Origin: Octopus sinensis
Taxonomy: Eukaryota
DNA: 64,000 bases
Assembly (NCBI RefSeq): GCF_006345805.1
Contig: NC_043002.1
Location: 27,776,001 to 27,840,000 of the forward strand
Reading direction: 5' to 3'
Shown here: piece after piece, positions 54,930 to 64,000 of the stretch
Layout: the number at the start of each line of letters is the position of its first letter
How positions within the stretch are numbered: position 1 is the first letter of the stretch
The notes under the pieces: model-generated
The model's database searches: none
The model's input: the letters and a program-made list of their open reading frames with translations, nothing else
Told to the model about the DNA's origin: nothing
Position numbers and translations under genes: made by a program

Positions 54930-55358
54930 GGGAGTATATCCAAACTTACAGGGAAAAATTAGATTTAGGATTAAATCAAATTTCACAGTATAAATATAAA
55001 TTAAATTAGAGATAAAACCACTATTATGCAACTCGAACAGTGATAGACATAAACCAATACATAGATAACAAAAAATAAATATAATTGATATAATATATAA
55101 TATATATATAAAATATAAAATTTAAAATCTAAATTTTTCATTTTTTTTTCATTTTTTAAAACTAACCAAAAAGTATTTAAAAAAATAAATATAACATAAG
55201 TAAAAGTTTGAAAAATTAAAAAATTCAAATTTTAAATTTTATATTTTATATATATATCATATATTATATTAATTATATTTATTTTTTGTTATTTATGTAT
55301 TGATTTATGTCTATCACTGTTTGAGTTGCCTAATAGTAGTTTTATCTCTAATTTAATT

Positions 55359-55390
<32 letters not shown>

Positions 55391-55431
55391 AACTTGGTAC
55401 TCGGCTTACTAATATTACTACTATACTCCCG
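54930..55431. mobile_element. AT-rich fold-back element
   Basis: About 54990-55140 is the reverse complement of about 55210-55360; possible 9-bp outer inverted repeat GGGAGTATA/TATACTCCC. Confidence 0.65.
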
Positions 55432-57894
55432 CTTATTATTATACCAAAAAGATCACCTCCTACAAACAGTCGTTGTTTCCATGACTTGCGTGAGAACATC
55501 AACTACATAATTTGGTTGTATAACTGTGCGTGTGTGCGCGCGCGTGTGTGAATGTGTGTGCGTGTGCGTGTGTGTGTGCGCGCGCATGCGTGCGTTTGTG
55601 TGTGTCTATGTATGTAGTAGGCTGACATGTTTAACTTTCACATACAAACACACATACACACAGGTGTAGTGGAGATTATTCTGGTTTCCAGGACGTTTAA
55701 AAAGCTGAAAGTGAAAGTCCCTGTCTTGTACGGAAAACTTGCTCAACATAGAGTTCGTCCCTATAACCGCTAGCAGCCATATCCAACTGGCTGGACTGCA
55801 ACAACATTCTTAAACACACAAGCGCTACCCGGTCCAGAATCGAAACAACAACCTGACGATTGGGAGGAAAACACTATAACCTGTAGTCCACACACCTCTA
55901 CAAACACACACACCACACAGCACGCATGTATGCATGTACATACAAACACACACACACACACGTATATATATATGTATATATATATGTATCTATGTATGTA
56001 TGTATGTATGTATGTATGTATATACGTATGTATGTATATGTATGTATGTACGTATGTATGTATGCAAGCATGCAAAAGTTATGTTAGACTTTTCTCCCGG
56101 GGTGTCTCTGTGTGTATATTACGTGTGTGTGAATCTGTGAGCGTGGGATCTCTGTGCGTATATGTGCTTACATGTGTATACATACTTTACACATACACAC
56201 ACACACACACACACACATACATACACACCCTCATACACACGTATATTTTCGTTTGACATGAAGTTTCTGTTGATTGTAATTATAACGTTTCCGTTATCCA
56301 ACGCATTGCGTGGACTTCGTTCTTAAGACAAATATCGATTTTTCTATCTTTTACCTGATTACTATTTATCCATAATCAGTGAATTTTCCATTTACCCTAA
56401 TAGATGTAAATACATCGAGATACTGCTTGCATTGCTTTTGTCCGGTGGGAGCAGTGCCAACATAATGTAATTAAGAAGCATTTTCGTCAACCAGATAATA
56501 ATAGACCACCTGCTGGTTACAAAACCCACAAGAAATAGTAGCCAAATCGTCATAAAATATAAATATACCATTACAAAGAAAAAAAACCTTTATAACTAAT
56601 AAGTACGTGTGTATGCATACATGTAAGTATATGCATGTGTATGTGTGTATGTGTGCGTGTGTGAATGAAAATCTCAACACTCAGAGGGGTTAACAAACAA
56701 ATTAGTATTCAACACATTTAGGTGGAGTCGTAAGTTATTAAAGAGAGATTAACTCATCTTTACATTACATAAAGTTCTGTAGGCGCAGAATGTATCTACA
56801 GTCAGATGAATGGAATCATATTGGAGAGAATTTATAAGAAATTTAAGCAACAGCATCAGTTAACTGAAATGAATAGCAATCTAGTGCTGGCGCAGCCTCC
56901 TTTCTTCCTGAGTCATATATTCTCCATGAACTTATGTATTTATGATTGCATGTAATTACACAGACGCTTCAGAGCATAAGTGTAAGCATGGTAAAAGTTA
57001 CCATATTATATTTGCTTTACGGCGTACACATGCACAAACAAACACACACAAGCACACACACATACACACACACATACACACGCAGACACACAGACATACA
57101 AAAACACACTACAGTAGAAAAGTAATCCAATGAATGAGTTTCTATGATTGAGGTAATGAAGCTATAATACGTCAAAAGTTTTTCGTTGATATGTGATTGT
57201 TTTTGTAAAAAAAAATCTCACTGTGCTATCATGTTAAGCAAAATACTTCGTTATAAGCAATTAAGGCAAACTAAAATACGTGTATACATGGAATACACAC
57301 TCTAATGAGAGGGTTATTAAAGAAATAAACGTCCCACACTCCAACTTATCACTGCTCTATGCAGTCGGTCGAACTGCTAGGAATAGCAACTAAATCCATT
57401 CATATTAGACCTTCCGCTGTCCTAAAATGAATGAAGCTTAAGAAATTGTGCTCATCAACCTTCAAAGAAAGCTCAATATCTTTGATCCTAATTCCTATTT
57501 GGGGTGTCTTAGACAGCATCTAGATTATTTCAAATAAGGGTTGTTCTGTGTCAGAATCATTGATTCTAATACTTAGCGGATTTCAGCATCATAATGAGAT
57601 GACACAGGATAGAAATGTTTCAAATTCTAGTTAGAAAATTTCGTTTAATTTTATTTGGAATAAATTTGTGGTCACAAATGTTAGTTACGAGCGTCCTTGA
57701 TTAGGGATTTTATCAGTCAGAATCACCTCCTCTGGCGCACCAAAGTAATCCTGATATACAAAATAAGGAGATGGCCACAGGTGGAATGAATTTTATAAGT
57801 CTATTCATATTAAATTATTTAAGGAAAAATCTGCTTTAGGAGTCATTCCAGTTCAAAATACCAGATTATAAATGTTAGATTTAAATTTATCCAC

Positions 57895-58092
57895 TAGGCC
57901 AGCAAATTTGGAGCAGGAGCTAAGTGGGTTACATCGACCACTGAGCTCAACAGCGACTTGTTTTATCGAATCTAAAAGGGAAGAAAATCAAGGTCATTCT
58001 CCGCAACAATTCAAATTTAAAACGTAGAAACGGACGAAATGCCGATTTATATCTTGCCCGAAGGGCTAACGATTCTACCAGCTCACCACCTT
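57895..58092 (-). mobile_element. Diverged family-A SINE
   Basis: TTTTATCGAATCTAAAAGG core; GAAACGGACGAAATGCCG...CCAGCTCACCACCTT head. Confidence 0.6.
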
Positions 58093-58362
58093 CAACTGGC
58101 TCATTAAAGAAAATGAACAGTCGTCATCAGTAGAGCAAAATAGATATGCTGTCAGTTAAAGAGTAGAAACATGTCTGTATGGTTCTGGTGTCGATTTTCC
58201 GACATGATTTGGTGCGGGTTTGGAAGTCTGCATAGCATTTGAATCATTTTATCTGGTAAGACTTTACCAATAATATTTCTTGGAAGAATATTTATGATTA
58301 TCCGTTATTAATATATATATGTGTATATACATATATATACATATATATATATATATATAATA

Positions 58363-58453
<91 letters not shown>

Positions 58454-58879
58454 ATTCACATATACGTATACTTTATATATATATGTATATATTACATATA
58501 TACATTCACATATACGTATACTTTATATATATATGTATGGATGCATATATGTATATGAAACAACAAGTCAGGATAGAAAATGCTAAAATAATTTTATAAA
58601 GAACATTTCAGTTCCGGTTTCAGTCTGTAACAATTAAATAATTAAATTTAGAAAAATTAAAAGAAAAGTTTTTTTTAAAGAATATTTGTATAGTGTTCAA
58701 ATATAAGTGGCATTTTCGTTGTTTCTGCCTGTCTCTGTCTCTCTTGTTTACTCTTGTGGGATATATATATATATATATATATATAGAAAAGAAAATACAA
58801 AATGGGACAAGAACGCAAAACATTGGGACAATTAGGTGATACAAAAATGGGACAACAAAACATCCAGATAGCAGTAGTC

Positions 58880-59110
58880 TTGTTGGTGTCTCACTGAACT
58901 GCGCCGCGCACATGATAATTAAGGGGGTTACAGTCTGGGGAGTTAGATGGCCAGATCATAGGAGTGATGTGGTGGCAGAAATTGTCTGACGGCCATGACT
59001 GAGTTGTCCTGCTTGGGTGGCGTGGTGTAGAGTCCTGTTGCCAGACATAGGCGCTTCCAGCAGTCACTCTTTTGACCCATGGCAGCACTACCTCCTCCAG
59101 ATACTTGATG
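58880..59110 (-). mobile_element. maT/DD37D-like transposase fragment, copy 1
   Basis: YLEEVVLPWVKRVTAGSAYVWQQDSTPRH...WPSNSPDCNPLNYHV. Confidence 0.8.
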
Positions 59111-59615
59111 TGTGTGTGTATTATTTTAGATACCAAATTTAGGTGCTCAGAAATCATCTTTTCTGTTGAAATAGGCCACGACGTAGTTTACTGGGTTTAT
59201 TCTCTGCGGGCTCGTGTTTCTATTGATGCCTACTTGGTGATTTCTGCTAAATGATTTAATTGGTTATGGATATATAATAGAATGTTTGTTTTATGTTTGT
59301 TTTTTGAATGGTTTCGTTCTATATTGAGCTCATTACACACGTGGTTTAGACCTGTAGGCTACACTCTGATTTAAAAACTATAAAATTCACACATAATTTA
59401 TTCATAATCGCAGACACAGAGAAGGAATTAATGAGTTGTGCAAAGATACAACGATAAATAATGGTATAGCAAATACCTACAAACAACAAGTATACTGAAA
59501 TTAACGCATAACCACGCAGATAGAAGGAAAACATAAAATCCTAAACAAAACTGTGCGTGTCCGTTTTTGGTGTATGTTTGCGATTCCGTGTAGATGTGAG
59601 AAAGAGATAGAATGT

Positions 59616-59672
<57 letters not shown>

Positions 59673-60013
59673 GTTACACGTTTTCTTGAAACTAAAACGT
59701 CAAGAATATTAATTGAAGTAATCAATAAAAACAAGGAAGTGCTAATCTTATTATGAGGAAAAATGCAGGTGACTTTAATGTTTTGCTAAGAGTGACTTGT
59801 CAAACAGTAAAGGTGTGATATTACAACTGATATATGATGAATAGAAAGTAATGTAAGGGAGGAGAGTTTGTGAATAAGGAGAGGGATTTAAAAAAGTAAG
59901 CGTAGGTTCTAGAAGCGAGGAAATAAATTTTCATAACATTACGTCACTAATGGAACAAGTTTAGTATAAGCTGAGGGAAATTTTCTGAACATGGTAGCAG
60001 GCATGATGAGATG

Positions 60014-60016
<3 letters not shown>

Positions 60017-60090
<74 letters not shown>
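60017..60090. repeat. (TAG)n microsatellite
   Basis: Directly visible. Confidence 0.95.
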
Positions 60091-60091
<1 letters not shown>

Positions 60092-60334
60092 TACATTATT
60101 CGGATTAATTATAAAATTATAACATTTTAAAACTAAGAGCACAAGTGAAAAGTTAAATGCTAGTAATAGCATACGGAATGCATACACAGTAAACACACAT
60201 GCATGCACACACACACACACACATAACGTACTTAGTACAGTGAATAAACCGTCGTCTAAATTTTAACAGATATATTTATCGAAATTACATTAAAATATCT
60301 TGAAATGCTAAATTTAATCAATAAAATCGCTGTT

Positions 60335-60930
60335 GGCTTCAACCATGGCCTCCAGACTACTTCACAATCTCCTGCAACTCTTCTGGGTGGTTTTCTTGTT
60401 TAAGTTGGTGAACGCTGCCAAAACCTTGCCTTCAGTTCCTCTTTTGTGTTACAAGGAATGTTGTTGGTGTCTCACTGAACTGCGCCGCACACATGATAAT
60501 CAATGTATTTATATATATATATATATATACAAAATGGGACAAGAACGCAAAACATTGGCACAGTTAGGTGATACAAAAATGGGATAACAAAACATCCGCA
60601 CACATGATAATCAAGGGGGTTACAGTCTGGGGAGTTAGATGGCCAGATCATAGGAGTGATGTGGTGGCAGAAATTGTCTGACAGCCATGACTGAGTTGTC
60701 CTGTTTGTGTGGCATGGTGTAGAGTCATGTTGCCAGACATAGACGCTTCCAGCAGCCACCCTTTTGACCCATGGCAGCACTGCCTCCTCCAGATACTTGA
60801 TGTAGGTCTTGTGTTGAGTCTGAGGTCGTGCGGGAAGATGAATGGAGCCATCACTAGTGATTACTCCAAAACACCGTGATGGCGACTGGATTTTTATCAC
60901 TCTCAGCACATATTTTGGGGGCACAGCAAG
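60335..60930 (-). mobile_element. maT/DD37D-like transposase fragment, copy 2, with a 92-bp insertion
   Basis: FGVITSDG...YLEEAVLPWVKRVAAGSVYVWQHDSTPCH...WPSNSPDCNPLDYHV. Confidence 0.82.
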
Positions 60931-61142
60931 TCTCACTGACAGTCAATCACTCTGAAATGTTCGTATTGTAGCTTCCGGCGTGAATGTACGTACATGCATA
61001 CATACATACATATATATTTATAAATTATTAAGCACATAAGCACACACGCATATATATATATATATGCGTGTGTGTGTGAAATTGCACACCATGCATATAC
61101 ATGCATATATATGTGTGTTTGGGTGAGCATTATATATATATA

Positions 61143-61266
<124 letters not shown>

Positions 61267-62543
61267 TAATATATATAATATATATGTATAACATATAATT
61301 ATGTAAGTATGTATAGACAAACAGACAAACAGAGACACAGACATACACAGACGCAGAGACAGACAGACAGACAGACAGACTGACAGGCAGGCTGGCAGGC
61401 AGGCTGGCAGGCAGGCTGGCAGGCAGGCTGTCAGGCAGCCAGGTAGGGTAGGTAGGTAGGTAGGTAGGTAGGTAGGTAGGTAGTCACATGTATGTGTGTA
61501 TAATTTTGAAATGCGTAGAAGTTTCGAATGGCAATTATTAAGTAGCAATGAAAGGAAAGAAACATATTTCGAGTTAAGATTGATGAAGAGAATTTACTCC
61601 ACATCCATAAGTATTTCCTGTATTCCTTATTTTGGCAAGTTAGGTTTGGAAATCTGCATAGTAGAGCCTACCTTGAATTCCAGGCATGGACAAATAGAAA
61701 AAAACACAAGTATATAATTTCAAGTAATTTGCTAGAGTAGCGCAGTTTATTTTCTGATACATCAATCTGACATTTCCGCGTGAGGAAATGTCACTAAGAA
61801 GGAATAATAGCATGTATAAGATAAATTACCATATACAACAAATTGTTACTTACCTATTGATTTTAATATCAGATTTCACCAAACCAATTTATAACTTGTT
61901 AAACCTGTACTTGTGTCGACTGCATCAATTACATAGCCACAGGTACATTTGTACTTTGCATTAAATACTGTCACTGTCAGCATGAGATCTTGACGAATTT
62001 TGTTTTATCATTGGTTTGTTTGTTCTACCAAAATCGACACAGGGCCATGCAATAAAAAGTATAGCCACGAATACTGACGACTATGATATACACGAGTTTA
62101 GAGGGAAACTTTAGGCAGTTGTTTTACCTTCCACATTTAGCATTAAACCTTTGTCAAATCATATCTCTCCGTTTTAAAAAGACTGGGGTGCACTGGATAA
62201 TGTAGTCCGGGGTATTATTACGCCGCAAATCAAGGATAAAAACGATGATGCATATGGTTGCAACGCTTTATATCCGATATGGCTTGGATCTAGACTACAA
62301 CTACAATACACACTCTATATTAAATTTTATTTTTATATGTAATCAGGAGAGAAGGAGGCTACTAAGGCCTTTTACCTGTCTTCTGAAATTGGTGGGAGGA
62401 AATGGCAAAACTGACCCGAATGCTTGCAAAATATTGGATTCCACGAAAGCAAGTCAAGGTATCAAGTGGTAATGTTAAATCAGTCGCATGATAATATTTA
62501 AATATATCCAAGTCTTCTATATGGAAGCATAATATAAATATAT

Positions 62544-62937
62544 ATTTCGTTTTTGCCCACAAGGGGCTAAACATAGAGGGGACAAACAAAGACAGACAAA
62601 GTGATTAAGTCGATTAGATCGACCCTAGTGCGTAACTGGTACTATATTATTGACTTCGAAAGGATGAAAGGCAAAGTCGACCTCGGCGGAATTTGAACTC
62701 AGAAAGTAACGGCAGACGAAATACCTATTTCTTTACTACCCACTAGGGGCTAAACACAGAGGGGACAAACAAGGCCAGACAAACGGATTAAGTCGACAAC
62801 ATCGATCCCAGTGCGTAACTGGTACTGAGTTTATCGACCCCGAAAGGATGAAAGGTAAAGTCGACCCGGCGGAATTTGAACTCAGAACGTAACGACAGAC
62901 AAAATACCGCTCAGCTTTTCGCTCAGCGCGCCGCCTT
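62544..62937 (-). mobile_element. Head-to-tail dimer of family-A SINEs with the Tx1-like tail
   Basis: Copies at 62544-62725 (lacking the 5' head) and 62726-62937, joined at GAAATACC|TATTTCTTTACTACCCAC. Confidence 0.85.
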
Positions 62938-63368
62938 TATATAAATATATTTATATTTATAATATAATATAAATACATTTATATATAGCATGTTGAGCTT
63001 AATTTATACTAGATAATTACTCTAAATGCAGATTAACTTCATTTGCACACGAAATTTGCTAGAAATAGCCACCAAATATTAGACCGTGTAGTCCAAGGTT
63101 CACTGTGTCTGAAAAGTTATGAAATTACTATAACCGGAATACATTAATCATATCTCATTGTGTTCAACGTTTTTTTGATGTCCTGTACCCATATATGCAT
63201 GTATAAATATGTATGTGTGTGTGTGTGTAGGTATGTACATATGTGTATGTATATATACATATATTTATATATTATTTATATTATTATATGATCGAACGTC
63301 ACGCATCCTTTTCCAAGTATATATAATTTTTCATTATTGAATTGATAAAAGGTGACTTTTTTCTAATT

Positions 63369-63435
<67 letters not shown>

Positions 63436-64000
63436 AATTAGCAGATGGGGGAAATCTCCCCCAACGAAGCTTCTCACTATATATAAATGTGTGTGTGTGT
63501 GTCCGTGCGTGTGTGTGCGCGCGTGCACGCATTTATATATCGCCGGCTGTAATTTAAAGGAGCGTTTGTTAGTATTTCTAGCAAGTCAAGCGTTTAAGAA
63601 AATCATTCGATGTCATCCGATAAATTACATAGGTTGATAAATATTTCCTCAGCATTTAACATTGCGTTTATAATCTTCTCGTGTTTTACCTCCCATAAAG
63701 AAATCAGATAACCCATGAAGCGATACTGAAATAGCAAATTAGTATACAATTATTTATGTACTTGTCCATTTTTTTTTTCTAAGTATTATGTTGCTACTCC
63801 ACAATTTTATCCAAGCTTACGCAGCGTGTAACACAAGAAAAAAGATTTATTGATATTACTTCGTTTATGCATACAGGCATACATGAGTGTATGTACTTGT
63901 GTATATATATATTGTGTGTGTGTGTGTGCGTGTGTGTAGGTGTTTATTATGTATGTTAAATTTGTATAATGTTTAGATAGTTCCTTACGAATACATTAGT

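Overview
AT-rich, microsatellite-saturated eukaryotic non-coding DNA. It is most likely from an octopus or other cephalopod; this is an inference from the repeat landscape, not from a database match. I found no host protein-coding gene, rRNA, true tRNA gene or CRISPR array, and most ORFs in the track are microsatellite or antisense artefacts. The window is a graveyard of mobile elements. It holds one near-full-length Tx1-clade (L1-like) retrotransposon at 4767-10336 (minus strand) with (GATA)n on both flanks, plus an older Tx1 fragment. It also holds R4/Dong-type and CR1-type LINE relics, a Penelope GIY-YIG relic, several tRNA-derived SINE families, mariner, maT and Tigger relics, Helitron-like elements, fold-back elements and short tandem duplications. 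Three observations stand out. (1) A non-coding 480-nt unit carries an intact type I hammerhead ribozyme, in a direct-repeat plus perfect 142-bp fold-back arrangement whose junction lies at ribozyme stem III next to the predicted cleavage site (retrozyme/Penelope-like, 26456-27348). (2) The Tx1 element appears to target (GATA)n microsatellites. (3) A SINE 3' tail is about 80% identical to the 3' terminus of that Tx1, suggesting a SINE/Tx1 partnership.
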